Positions 17,542-27,299 of a DNA stretch of 64,000 bases are shown piece after piece. Numbering within the stretch: the stretch's first letter is position 1; every line of letters begins with the position of its first letter. Under the pieces are notes generated by a model, which searched no databases, was not told where the DNA came from, and saw only the letters and a program-made list of their open reading frames with translations. The stretch covers positions 149,359-213,358 of the forward strand of contig CAYZNW010000001.1 in assembly GCA_964480345.1 (NCBI GenBank), read 5' to 3'. Source of the stretch: an uncultured Candidatus Saccharibacteria bacterium (GTDB lineage: Bacteria > Patescibacteriota > Dojkabacteria > SC72). Made by a program: the position numbers and the translations under genes.

Positions 17542-18717
17542 ATGAAAAAATTTCTATTGCCGATTTTCTTAGTAATAGTTGTGTTGTTACTTCCATCTAT
17601 GGTAGATGCTTTCTCCTTCTACTCTGTATCCTCTCAGAAATTTGATACATCTCTGTTAGACAGCTCTAATCAAACCTACTCAGAGCCAAATAAAATCCTC
17701 ATAACACCCGTGAATACAGTATCCCAATCACTATCAAGAGATCCTGCAAAATGGGTCAAATTCCTCTACTACTACTCAATTACAAGATTACACTTAATGG
17801 ATTTACCGTACACCTACCTTTTAGATGAAAGCGGATTAATCTATCAAGGAAAAACTGGATATGTAGGAGCAAATACTGGAATAGAAAATGCTGATGGTGC
17901 AATCCTAATAGGATACCTATCTAACAACCCAATAATGACAGTAAGAGCTCAATCCTCATTAAAAGAAATCGTAGATGATATCTCTTCAAAATGGAGCATA
18001 TCACAAATAGAAGCAGTTACTTTAGATATTAAGAAAAACGACAACGAAATATCCGCACTCTCATATAAACCCGCTACAGGAGAGTTCTTACTGTCTGTCA
18101 AAGAACTCTTTGGGAATTGGAAAGAAAGTAAAGGAAGTAATCTAACACCTAAAGCGAAAATAGAGAATCTACAGTATGTTAAAGATGTCGAAGTATTAAA
18201 AAGAACAAAAGTATCATTTACCCTCAAAAACATGAACGATTTTGTATGGTTTACTGATAGAAATCCAATTTATGTTGCTACTGCAAATGGAAAAAACAGT
18301 GGATTCGCAATCAATCAAGTTTGGGAAAGCTTTTCCAGACCAGTAAGTATTTCAGATAAAGTGATTCTACCTGGTGAGAGCATAGAAGTCTCTTTTGAAA
18401 TGGAAGCTAAAGTCAAAGTAGGTGAAGTAAAAGAATCTTTTGTACTACTTAAATTCAATGATCAACCATTTGAAGATTCCACTTTTGATGTTGTTTTAAA
18501 TATTGTAAAAGGAAATAGCCAATTGGTAGAAGTAGTATCTCCACAATACGGATTTGTAAATATTAGAGAGTGTCAATGGTATAGTTGTAAAATTCTTGAT
18601 ACAGTTGATAGCGGTACCGTCTTTATACTGTTAGAAGAGAAAGATGCTTGGTCTAGAGTAAAATTTGGTCTTGAAGCAGAAGGCTGGGTAGCCTCAAGAT
18701 TTTTAAGAAAAATTTAA
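17542..18717 (+). CDS. secreted protein with amidase_2/PGRP-like segment and C-terminal SH3b domain (putative peptidoglycan hydrolase or binding protein)
   Basis: 391 aa; signal peptide; YTYLLDESGLIYQGKTGYVGANTG...ADGAILIGYL resembles amidase_2 core (catalytic His not obvious); C-terminal GFVNIREC...GTVFILLEEKDAWSRVKF..GWVASRFL matches bacterial SH3 pattern. Confidence 0.55.
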   Translation: MKKFLLPIFLVIVVLLLPSMVDAFSFYSVSSQKFDTSLLDSSNQTYSEPNKILITPVNTVSQSLSRDPAKWVKFLYYYSITRLHLMDLPYTYLLDESGLIYQGKTGYVGANTGIENADGAILIGYLSNNPIMTVRAQSSLKEIVDDISSKWSISQIEAVTLDIKKNDNEISALSYKPATGEFLLSVKELFGNWKESKGSNLTPKAKIENLQYVKDVEVLKRTKVSFTLKNMNDFVWFTDRNPIYVATANGKNSGFAINQVWESFSRPVSISDKVILPGESIEVSFEMEAKVKVGEVKESFVLLKFNDQPFEDSTFDVVLNIVKGNSQLVEVVSPQYGFVNIRECQWYSCKILDTVDSGTVFILLEEKDAWSRVKFGLEAEGWVASRFLRKI

Positions 18718-18728
18718 AGAATATTTCA

Positions 18729-20732
18729 ATGAACATAGAAAATATATTAAAGGGATTAAATCCCGGACAAAAGAAAGCTGTTCTCTGTACTGAAGGACCA
18801 CTTCTTGTTTTTGCTGGAGCAGGATCTGGCAAAACAAGAGTCATTACTAACCGAATAGCGTATCTGATTACTGCAAAAGGAGTTAGTCCCAGAAATATCA
18901 TGGCAGTCACATTTACCAAAAAAGCAGCAGGAGAGATGCAAGAAAGAGTCACTACCTTACTTAAAGATTTAAATTCAGAGAATAAAGGCTTTCCTACAAT
19001 TGGTACATTTCATTCAATAGGAGCAATGATATTAAGAAGTAATGCCAAAGAAGTGGGATTAACTAACAATTTCTCTATATATGACTCTGATGACAGCGAA
19101 AATGTCATAAAAGAACTCCTATTAGAAAGAGATATAGATATAAAACAAATAAAACCTCAATCTATAGCCTATTTCATAGGAGCTGCAAAAAATGACATGA
19201 TTACTCCTGAACAATTTGGACACCACTATTCAGGATATATTGAAGATATAGTGGCAGAAATATATCCACAATATCAAAAACAACTCTTAGCACAAAATTC
19301 TGTAGATTTTAGTGATCTACTTTACTTAACAGTAAAACTTTTAGAAGAAAATCAAAAAATCAGAGAGAAATACCAAGAACAGTATAAATATATCCTTATA
19401 GATGAATATCAGGATACCAATAACGCTCAATACCGATTTGCTAAAATTCTTTCAGATAAATATAAAAATATTTGTGTAGTAGGAGATGACGATCAAGGAA
19501 TATATGCATGGAGAGGTGCTGATATTAAAAACATACAATCATTTGAAGATGACTTTGAAAATGTCTCTGTTATCAAATTAGAACAGAATTACCGCTCAAC
19601 AAAAAATGTCATAGAGGCTGCTGTCAGTGTCATAAAACAGAATAATAGAAGAGTAGATAAAGTTTTGTGGACTGATAATAACGAAGGAGAGAAGATATCA
19701 ATTTATCAAGCTACTAATCAAGAAGATGAATCTTCATATGTTGTAGATAAGGTCAGAAGTCTAGCTCAACAAATGATTCCACTCAAAAACATAGCTGTTT
19801 TATATAGAACGAACTATCAATCTCGAGCAATAGAGGAGGCGTTGTTGAAAAGTGGGTTGCCTTATAAGCTTGTAGGAGGTTTTCGATTCTACGAGAGGAA
19901 AGAAATTAAAGATATCATAAGTTACTTAAGATTCTGTTTTAATTTAAAAGATGAATTAAGTCTAGATAGAATTATAAATGTACCTAGTAGAAAAATAGGA
20001 CCTAAAGCAGTTGCAGATATTCACGGTATGGCTAAAGAATGCAACTTAACTGTAGGAGAGTTTCTAGTAGGCGCATATATTGTATTAAATAAAGAGTTTA
20101 GTGAAGAGCTTCCGTTTTCTGCTAGTAAAGTTTCTGCAATAGAAAGTATTGAAGATAGTTGGAGTAAATATGTCTCTTTAATAAATCTCTTTGGTCATTT
20201 ATATTTTATGTCCCGAAAACAAACTTTGATTGAGATAATAGATAGTATTATCGAAAATACTAAATATATTAAATCTTTTGATGATGGAACTGAGCAGGCG
20301 CAGATGCAGAAAGAGAATATTCAGGAGTTAAAGAATGTTGCTTCTTCATACTCTTCGAAACATGGGCTAAAGAGCTTGGAGATTTTTCTCAATGAAGTAA
20401 ATTTGATAGAACAGGAGCAGGATAAAAATCAGGATGGTTCGAATAACTATCTTAATTTGATGACACTTCACTCCTCGAAGGGCTTAGAGTTTGATTATGT
20501 ATTTATAATAGGGATGGAAGAAGGGTTGCTTCCACACTCGCGTGCTTTTGTTGATGAAAATGAGTTAGAAGAAGAAAGAAGGCTCTGCTATGTAGGGATT
20601 ACACGAGCTAAACAGAAATTATTTATGACATTTGCGGAAAATAGATTAACAAGAGAGGGGTACACTTCTCAAATACCTTCTAGATTTCTAGGAGAAATTC
20701 CACAAGAGATTTGTGAGTATTACAGCTTCTAG
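18729..20732 (+). CDS. uvrD: ATP-dependent DNA helicase, UvrD/PcrA/Rep family
   Basis: 667 aa; Walker A GAGSGKT, helicase motifs (DEYQDTN, VGDDDQ, YRS), C-terminal VGITRAK. Confidence 0.85.
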   Translation: MNIENILKGLNPGQKKAVLCTEGPLLVFAGAGSGKTRVITNRIAYLITAKGVSPRNIMAVTFTKKAAGEMQERVTTLLKDLNSENKGFPTIGTFHSIGAMILRSNAKEVGLTNNFSIYDSDDSENVIKELLLERDIDIKQIKPQSIAYFIGAAKNDMITPEQFGHHYSGYIEDIVAEIYPQYQKQLLAQNSVDFSDLLYLTVKLLEENQKIREKYQEQYKYILIDEYQDTNNAQYRFAKILSDKYKNICVVGDDDQGIYAWRGADIKNIQSFEDDFENVSVIKLEQNYRSTKNVIEAAVSVIKQNNRRVDKVLWTDNNEGEKISIYQATNQEDESSYVVDKVRSLAQQMIPLKNIAVLYRTNYQSRAIEEALLKSGLPYKLVGGFRFYERKEIKDIISYLRFCFNLKDELSLDRIINVPSRKIGPKAVADIHGMAKECNLTVGEFLVGAYIVLNKEFSEELPFSASKVSAIESIEDSWSKYVSLINLFGHLYFMSRKQTLIEIIDSIIENTKYIKSFDDGTEQAQMQKENIQELKNVASSYSSKHGLKSLEIFLNEVNLIEQEQDKNQDGSNNYLNLMTLHSSKGLEFDYVFIIGMEEGLLPHSRAFVDENELEEERRLCYVGITRAKQKLFMTFAENRLTREGYTSQIPSRFLGEIPQEICEYYSF

Positions 20733-20738
20733 TTGTTA

Positions 20739-23700
20739 TTATTTCTTACTCTGTAGTTTCTTTTTTGCTAGTACTGATACAAGTATACTTCCAACACTAT
20801 ACACAATTGGCCAAGACCAATATATTTGGCAATCTCCTTTTGTAAATAGATACCATGCACCACATGAGATTATGACGAAGAGTACAGTTATCAAATTATT
20901 TTGTGTGAGTAATATTATTATGAGTAATAATACTGCAATAATCGTTGGAGCTATAATAGAAGGTTTTTTGCAGGCTTCTGTAGTCTCATCACTCCTGTTG
21001 TTGTCTTCTCTTACTGTATCCGTAAGCTGTTTGTTTTCTGGCTTTATATCTTCCTTCTCTGCAGTTTCGCTTTTATCTTGCTCTTGTGGCTTTGGTGGAG
21101 CCATCAAAGTAAGTTCGTTTGTAGTTATATCTGTAATAACTGAGCCATCTCTAGATATTATCTCTACTTTTACATCATAAACTCCAAGTATCAATCCATT
21201 TTCTAAATTGGTGAGATCTAATTTCCATATATCTCCATCTGTTGTTAATTCTGGATTAATACCAAGAGTGTATTTTACATCATTTGTTAGAATAGAAAGT
21301 TGTAGAGAGTTCTTCGAATCGTATGTCCCTGTAATTACAGGTTTGTTTCCTATGAATTTTAATGTGTCTACAGTTGGAATATTAGCATCAGGTCTAAGGA
21401 TAGACAGTTCATTACTAGTAGGATCGTTTGTATAATTTCCTGCAGGATCGGTAAAAGAAACTATGACATCATAAATACTTGGTTTCAAATTTATGAGAGA
21501 ACCTTTTGCTAAAGTCCAAGTCTGATCTTTATTGTTTATCGCATTATATTTAACTCCATTTACTAAAACACTTATTTCCGCTGTTATATCATCCACAGTC
21601 CCACTTAACTCAGGGGAGGTATCTATACCATCTGGGATTGGATTAAGAGTACCTGTAGGGCTAATAGTGTCGATAGTTATTACTTTTTCTATTGCAGTAG
21701 TGGTTGTATTTCCTGCCAAATCAGAAGCAGTAACAGAGAAAGTATACTCATCATCTATAAGGGGTGGAGTAATGATTCCTGCTTGAAGAATCCAGGTACC
21801 ATTTCCATTATTCTTAGCTGAATATGTATTACCATTGATTGATACTTGTATGGTGGCCGTTTTATCATCAATAACTCCTTCTATTACAGGAGAAGAAGTA
21901 TTTCCATATTGCGTTGTGATGTCTATAACAGGAGGAGTTATGTCATAGGTTACTGTATTATCAGTACTACTACTTTTCTCATTTCCATTTCCTGCATTTC
22001 CAAAGATCTTGTTTTCTTCAATTTCAACTTTTGCGATGTCTCCATCAGTCATGTATGTAACTTCTATTTCATATGTAAGATTATCTATTTTAGTTAATCT
22101 TGTTACAGCCCCAGTTGTCCCAGAAAGGGTAATATCACTAGCATCAAATGTACTTTCATTAATAGGTTTAGAAAATATGATAGTAAATAGGGCAGAATTG
22201 ATATTTGTTGGGTCATTCTGCTCAGCTTTTTGATTAATAGTAACAGTTGGCTTGATAGTATCAATTTCTATTTCATTTGTAGTAGTATCGTATCCATTAT
22301 TGAGAGCTAAATCGGTAGCTTTTACAATAGCATCGTATTTGCCATCTATTAGTTTACTAATGGTGGAATGTGGAAGAATCCAAGTATCGTCACCATTGTT
22401 TGTTGCTGAGTACTCAATACCATTTATTGTAACTTTTATCGTTGCGTATTCATCATTTACTGTTCCTGTTAATTGCGGGGAGGTATTATTTGTAATTAAA
22501 TTATCTACTGTTACAGTAGGTGGCGTTATATCGTATGTTACATAAGCATTGCTTTCTGTACTTTCCTGATTTAAGTTACCATATATATTTTCTACTTTTC
22601 CAGCTGGTAACTCTGCTGTAATAGTATCTCCATCTGTCATTCCGTTTACTGTAACTTGCCATGTATCTTGCTTTAATTGTATGAAATTAGTAACCGATGC
22701 AGTTGTGCTTCCGATAATAGCAATATCATCTGAAGTAAAGGTTGAAGGAATAACATTTTGGCAAGAGAATGTAAATATGAAAATAACTTGATTGGTATTT
22801 GTTGGATTTGGTTGTGTATCTGGAATTGTGACTTCTACAGTAAGTAGAGTATCATCTATGATTAATTCTCCTGTCGATGTATCACTACCAACATTTCCAG
22901 CTTTATCAGTTGCAGAAGCTGATATGTCGTATGTTCCATTAGGAATATGGTCAGGAATGGTTAAACTCCATCGTCCAATAGCAGAGTGGTTAGCTGTATA
23001 TGTATTACTATTAACAGTTACTTTAATAATTGTATCGTCATCATCTATACTACCTCCAACAGTAGGTGTGTGTTTATTTGTTATGGTATTTGCTACGGTT
23101 ATTGTAGGAGCAACATTATCAATGGTTAATTCGTTATTTGAGGTATCTTGTCCGGTATTACCTACAGTATCTGTTGCTTTTGCAATTATATTATATGTAC
23201 CATCTGAGAGAGTGTTTATTATAGAAGCAGGTAGAGACCAAGTTCCATTAGTATTGTTAGTTGCGCTATATTCTATCCCTTCTACAGTAATCTTAATTAT
23301 TGCTGAGTTGTCATCTATAGTTCCAGTCAGTTCAGGAGATCTATTTTGAGTAAATAGTGTATTTATAGTAATGACTGGAGGAGTAGCGTCGTATGTAACT
23401 GTGTTATCGGTACTTGTGCTTGCAGTATTACTGTTCCCAGCTAAGTCAGTGAATTTCCCTGCTGATATACTTAAGGAAATAGTACTGACACTGTTCATAC
23501 CTGCAATTGTTACACTCCATTCAGTTGCACTTTCTCTTTGGAACCCTGTTATTGTTCCAGGACCACCAGCTATTGAGATAATTGATGGTGTAAATGACAC
23601 TTCATTTATTGGTTCAGAAAGTATAACAGTAAATTTAGCAGAGTTAATATTTGTAGGATCAGGCTGACCGACCATTTGATTTACTGTTACAGTTGGTTTT

Positions 23701-25889
23701 GTAATATCGTAAGTTACTTTATTATCTGTACTTGTACTAGCAGTATTACTATTGCCAGCAAGATCATTAATAACTCCAGATGGTATAGTAGCTACTACAG
23801 TATCTCCATCAGTCATACCAGTAACAGTAATATTCCAAGTAGTATTATTTGTCCCTACCTTAGAAAAACCAGTTACTGTTCCAGTAGTTCCTTCTAAAGT
23901 AATATCTGATGCAGAGAAAGTAGATTCGTTTATAGACTCAGAGAATACTACAGTAAATTGAATAGAGTTAATATTTGTAGGATCAGCCTGCCCAACTTTT
24001 TGATTAATAGTTACTGTTGGTTGAACAGTATCTATTGTTAGTTCATTTGTCGAAGAGTCTGTTCCGATATTTGTAGCAGTATCTGTTGCAGTAGCGGAGA
24101 TGTTGTATGTCCCATTTGATAATGCAACAACAGTTTGTACGGACCAAGTACCATCTCCTTCGTTTACACCATTATATTGAAGGCCATTTACTGTGATTTT
24201 AATAGTTGCTAAAGAATCATCGATATTTCCTGTTAGAAGAGGAGAAGTAACATTTGTTGTTAATGGATTAATTGTAATTATTGGTGGTGTATGGTCCCAA
24301 GTTATACTGTTATCTGTACTTGTGCTTGCTAGATTTGTATTTCCTGCTAGATCTTCAACTTTGTCTTCAAGCAGGGAGAGTTTTAATGTCATATCAGTTG
24401 TCATGCCAGTAACAGTCGCTGTCCATTGTGTAGATGTATTTTGTGCTAAGTTTGTAACTTGAGCCGTTCCTGCAATAAGGCTTAAATCGTCAGTCGTAAA
24501 TGTTGAGGCATTAATAGGTTCTGAAAAAACAATAGTAAAAAGAAGATTTAATCCATTTGTTGGATCTGCTTGTCCTGAAGCTTGATTGACTGTAACAGTT
24601 GGTCTAGTTATATCATATGTGATTTGATTATCTGTACTTGTACTTGCAGTGTTGTTATTTCCAGCGAGATCAGTAATTTTTGATGATGCAAGTGAAAGAG
24701 TAGTTGTTGTATTGGTGGCCATTCCACTTAGTTCTGCACTCCATGTTGTATCGTCAACTTTTGTAAGGTTTGAAACAGTTGCAGTGCTTCCTGAAATAGT
24801 GAAATCTGATGGTTGCAGTGTGGTTTCATTTATTTTTTCACTAAATACAATAGTATATGTCATAGGTGAAGTGTTTGAAGGATCTTTTTGAGTAGTAGCT
24901 TGGTTAATTGTAAGGGTCGGAGAAGTAGTATCTATCGTTAATTCGTTTACAGTATTATCGGATGAACTATTCATAGCTGGATCTGTCACTGTCGCCTCTA
25001 TATTGTATACACCCTCTGCAAGTTGAGTAGGAATAGTAAATGTCCAGGTGTCGTTGGTATTGTTAGTTGCAATATAGCTAACACTATTTACAATCAGACG
25101 GATAGTAGCAGTACTATCATCAGTTGTTCCTGTAATAGTAGGTGTTGTATCATTTGTAATTATTGGGTTGATGGTTACTGTAGGGATTGTGATATCGTAA
25201 GTTATCTGATTATCTGTACTTGTACTTGCTAGATTTGTATTGCCAATCAAATCTTCTATAACATCGGCTGGGATAGTTGCACTTACTGTCTCTCCATCAC
25301 TCATACCAGTAACCGTGATATTCCAAGTTGTATTCTCTGCCCCTACCTTAGTAAAATCAGTAATAGTTCCAGTATTACCAGATATGAGAATATCAGATAA
25401 GGTAAAAGTGAGTTCATTGATAGGTTTTGAAAATATTACAGTGAATTGAGCAGAGTTAACATTAGTCGGATCAGCTTGTCCAGCTTTCTGATTGATTGTT
25501 ATTGACGGTTTCGTACTATCAATAGTTAGTTCATTTATAGAATTATCATTAGAGGTGCCGTCAACAGGATCTATTGCAGTAGCGACAATATCATAAACGC
25601 CATCGTTTAGTGCTGAAGTTATCTCTGCAGACCAAGTTCCATTTTGATTATTTATTGCAGAGTAACTGTTCTCGGATATTGTAATAGAAATAGTACTTGT
25701 TGTTGTACTTATTGTTCCTGTGATTGTAGGGGTAGAATCATTTGTGATTAGTGTGTTAATAGTAATGACAGGAGGAGCTGCTTTTGTCACAAACTTCCTA
25801 GCGAAAATGAAAAGACTTAACAAGACAAACGGAAATATTAGTATTAATAGGACTTTCTTGGAATTACTCTTCTTCATTCCTGTGGGCAA
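20739..25889 (-). CDS. giant surface adhesin-like protein with ~8 tandem units of two alternating bacterial Ig-like domain types and C-terminal TM anchors
   Basis: 1716 aa; N-terminal signal/anchor; repeats of ...TNDTTPTITGT.DD..ATI...VNG..Y.ATNN.NGTW... alternating with ...PTVTINQK.GQ.DPTN.NS..FTV.FSE.INE.TF..SDI...GTTGTVT...TVTGMTDG...DLAGN.N.ASTSTDN.VTYDIT; Glu/Lys-rich stalk and 2-3 TM helices at C-terminus. Confidence 0.85.
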   Translation of the reverse strand: MPTGMKKSNSKKVLLILIFPFVLLSLFIFARKFVTKAAPPVITINTLITNDSTPTITGTISTTTSTISITISENSYSAINNQNGTWSAEITSALNDGVYDIVATAIDPVDGTSNDNSINELTIDSTKPSITINQKAGQADPTNVNSAQFTVIFSKPINELTFTLSDILISGNTGTITDFTKVGAENTTWNITVTGMSDGETVSATIPADVIEDLIGNTNLASTSTDNQITYDITIPTVTINPIITNDTTPTITGTTDDSTATIRLIVNSVSYIATNNTNDTWTFTIPTQLAEGVYNIEATVTDPAMNSSSDNTVNELTIDTTSPTLTINQATTQKDPSNTSPMTYTIVFSEKINETTLQPSDFTISGSTATVSNLTKVDDTTWSAELSGMATNTTTTLSLASSKITDLAGNNNTASTSTDNQITYDITRPTVTVNQASGQADPTNGLNLLFTIVFSEPINASTFTTDDLSLIAGTAQVTNLAQNTSTQWTATVTGMTTDMTLKLSLLEDKVEDLAGNTNLASTSTDNSITWDHTPPIITINPLTTNVTSPLLTGNIDDSLATIKITVNGLQYNGVNEGDGTWSVQTVVALSNGTYNISATATDTATNIGTDSSTNELTIDTVQPTVTINQKVGQADPTNINSIQFTVVFSESINESTFSASDITLEGTTGTVTGFSKVGTNNTTWNITVTGMTDGDTVVATIPSGVINDLAGNSNTASTSTDNKVTYDITKPTVTVNQMVGQPDPTNINSAKFTVILSEPINEVSFTPSIISIAGGPGTITGFQRESATEWSVTIAGMNSVSTISLSISAGKFTDLAGNSNTASTSTDNTVTYDATPPVITINTLFTQNRSPELTGTIDDNSAIIKITVEGIEYSATNNTNGTWSLPASIINTLSDGTYNIIAKATDTVGNTGQDTSNNELTIDNVAPTITVANTITNKHTPTVGGSIDDDDTIIKVTVNSNTYTANHSAIGRWSLTIPDHIPNGTYDISASATDKAGNVGSDTSTGELIIDDTLLTVEVTIPDTQPNPTNTNQVIFIFTFSCQNVIPSTFTSDDIAIIGSTTASVTNFIQLKQDTWQVTVNGMTDGDTITAELPAGKVENIYGNLNQESTESNAYVTYDITPPTVTVDNLITNNTSPQLTGTVNDEYATIKVTINGIEYSATNNGDDTWILPHSTISKLIDGKYDAIVKATDLALNNGYDTTTNEIEIDTIKPTVTINQKAEQNDPTNINSALFTIIFSKPINESTFDASDITLSGTTGAVTRLTKIDNLTYEIEVTYMTDGDIAKVEIEENKIFGNAGNGNEKSSSTDNTVTYDITPPVIDITTQYGNTSSPVIEGVIDDKTATIQVSINGNTYSAKNNGNGTWILQAGIITPPLIDDEYTFSVTASDLAGNTTTTAIEKVITIDTISPTGTLNPIPDGIDTSPELSGTVDDITAEISVLVNGVKYNAINNKDQTWTLAKGSLINLKPSIYDVIVSFTDPAGNYTNDPTSNELSILRPDANIPTVDTLKFIGNKPVITGTYDSKNSLQLSILTNDVKYTLGINPELTTDGDIWKLDLTNLENGLILGVYDVKVEIISRDGSVITDITTNELTLMAPPKPQEQDKSETAEKEDIKPENKQLTDTVREDNNRSDETTEACKKPSIIAPTIIAVLLLIIILLTQNNLITVLFVIISCGAWYLFTKGDCQIYWSWPIVYSVGSILVSVLAKKKLQSKK
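21390..25770. repeat. coding tandem repeats (~570-nt unit, ~8 copies, diverged) encoding alternating Ig-like domains
   Basis: periodicity read from the protein translation; the + strand of this region is full of short spurious ORFs. Confidence 0.6.
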
Positions 25890-26241
25890 TTATTTGATTA
25901 GTACTTTCTCTGTAAATAAAGCGTGTTTCGTTTCTAGGGAAAATAATTATTAAATCACCATTTTCTGCAGCTTTGAGAAACTCATCATTCTCATTTTTTG
26001 TTTTGTCTACAACAGTTGCAATTACAGGAGTTTCATCTGTAGGCATTTCTATTAGCTTTGAAGCTTTCTCTACAATATCTTTATCTCTTTGTGATAACCC
26101 AGCAGTTACCACAGTAGGGTTTGAAACCTCCTGATTGTCACGCTTCTTTTGTTTACGATTTATGAAAATAAGTATAAAGACCAAACAGATCACAATAGAT
26201 ATTATCAATATATATCTAATTATTTTTTTGCTTGATTTCAT
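25864..26241 (-). CDS. small membrane protein, hypothetical (N-terminal TM)
   Basis: 125 aa; immediately upstream of and overlapping (26 nt) the giant adhesin gene on the same strand. Confidence 0.5.
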   Translation of the reverse strand: MKSSKKIIRYILIISIVICLVFILIFINRKQKKRDNQEVSNPTVVTAGLSQRDKDIVEKASKLIEMPTDETPVIATVVDKTKNENDEFLKAAENGDLIIIFPRNETRFIYRESTNQIIAHRNEEE

Positions 26242-26310
26242 ATAATCATTATAAGTAAGTAAAGAGATAAAGTAAACAATAGGGATAAAGAAAAATTGTG
26301 AAATAAATGG

Positions 26311-27231
26311 TTATTGTAACCAACTTAATTCGCCATAGGTTGCTACATATTTTTTATACACTGCCGGCCACATATTTTTTGGATTTGCTCCAGCCCTAAC
26401 CTTATCTATAGTTCTTTGAATTTGCTTCCCTCCATCAAAAATATTGTCATTTGGGTATTGTGTGTACCAAAGACATGGGTCCCATTGGAAAAGACCTTTG
26501 TAATATGCTTTATTATTCTCAGCATTACATCCAGATTCCCATCTCATGGTAAATTTTAGCCACTGCTTCTCTTCCTCTGATGCTGAAATATTATCAATAT
26601 ATGCTTCCCAAAAAGCACAGTTGTATCCTCTTTGAGGAACGGAATCTGGAGTGTCATCAGGTCCTTTAATTATTATAATCTGAGGTCTAGGATCGCGAAG
26701 TGTAGTCTCTTCTACTATCTCTTCAGCAATTAGCTCCTCTCCTTTGTATGTTCTCTTGATTTTTTGTGACATTAAACCGAGAACACCAGCTTGTGCGACC
26801 TCTTGTCTTTGTAATTTTGAACATAGCACTGAACCTTGAACTTCTGAAGTAAATGGGATTTCTAATGTAAGCTCATCAATAGTAGAGGTATATGATTGTA
26901 CATTAATAAAGGTATTGTTATATAAAGAATTGATAGGAGAAGTAGAGATCAGCAAATTCCTATTGCTTAAAGGATAATCCAGGTCTAACAATGCAATAAC
27001 AGGAGATGGCTTGTTGGTAAGGAAAGTATCTACTTCACCATCATAGTTGATTGTTACCAACCTGAGACGAGGAGAACTCTTAATTTCCTCAGCTTTTACT
27101 TTATACAAATTTTCTAAAAGCGAATAATAGTTGCTATCAGTATCTAAATGCTTAATTACAGCGTAACCTGAAAGTCCTAGTCCCAGAGCGAAAGCAGCTA
27201 CTACTAATAAAAAAAACAAAAACTTCTTCAT
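26311..27231 (-). CDS. secreted protein with C-terminal Rpf/transglycosylase-like domain (putative cell-wall muralytic enzyme)
   Basis: 306 aa; signal peptide; C-terminal WESGCNAENNKAYYKGLFQWDPCLW resembles the resuscitation-promoting-factor transglycosylase-like motif (ESG...GLxQ...W). Confidence 0.5.
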   Translation of the reverse strand: MKKFLFFLLVVAAFALGLGLSGYAVIKHLDTDSNYYSLLENLYKVKAEEIKSSPRLRLVTINYDGEVDTFLTNKPSPVIALLDLDYPLSNRNLLISTSPINSLYNNTFINVQSYTSTIDELTLEIPFTSEVQGSVLCSKLQRQEVAQAGVLGLMSQKIKRTYKGEELIAEEIVEETTLRDPRPQIIIIKGPDDTPDSVPQRGYNCAFWEAYIDNISASEEEKQWLKFTMRWESGCNAENNKAYYKGLFQWDPCLWYTQYPNDNIFDGGKQIQRTIDKVRAGANPKNMWPAVYKKYVATYGELSWLQ

Positions 27232-27299
27232 AATAATGTAAGATTATTCTACCATATGTCTAATAAGCAGCAAGCCACTAGTTTCGAAATTTATGATTT

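Noticed and set aside
5182-18717. Calling the envelope operon a type IV secretion/conjugation system
   Set aside because: There is no VirB4/VirD4/VirB11-type ATPase (no Walker A-containing large ORF) and no relaxase in or near the cluster. Only topology-level resemblance (VirB6-like protein, wall hydrolase-like protein, LPXTG adhesin). Kept as a hypothesis only.
20739-25889. Possibility that the tandem repeats are a CRISPR array or a diversity-generating retroelement target
   Set aside because: The repeats are ~570 nt, diverged, in-frame protein-coding Ig-like domains, not short identical direct repeats with unique spacers. No cas genes and no reverse transcriptase ORF are present in the window.
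21208-25953. About 17 plus-strand ORFs of 69-185 aa (e.g. 22792-23349, 23371-23667, 24193-24462)
   Set aside because: All lie antisense within the 1716-aa adhesin gene. They are hydrophobic, low-complexity translations of the repeat DNA with no start/RBS context. They are artifacts of Ser/Thr/Val-rich repeat coding.
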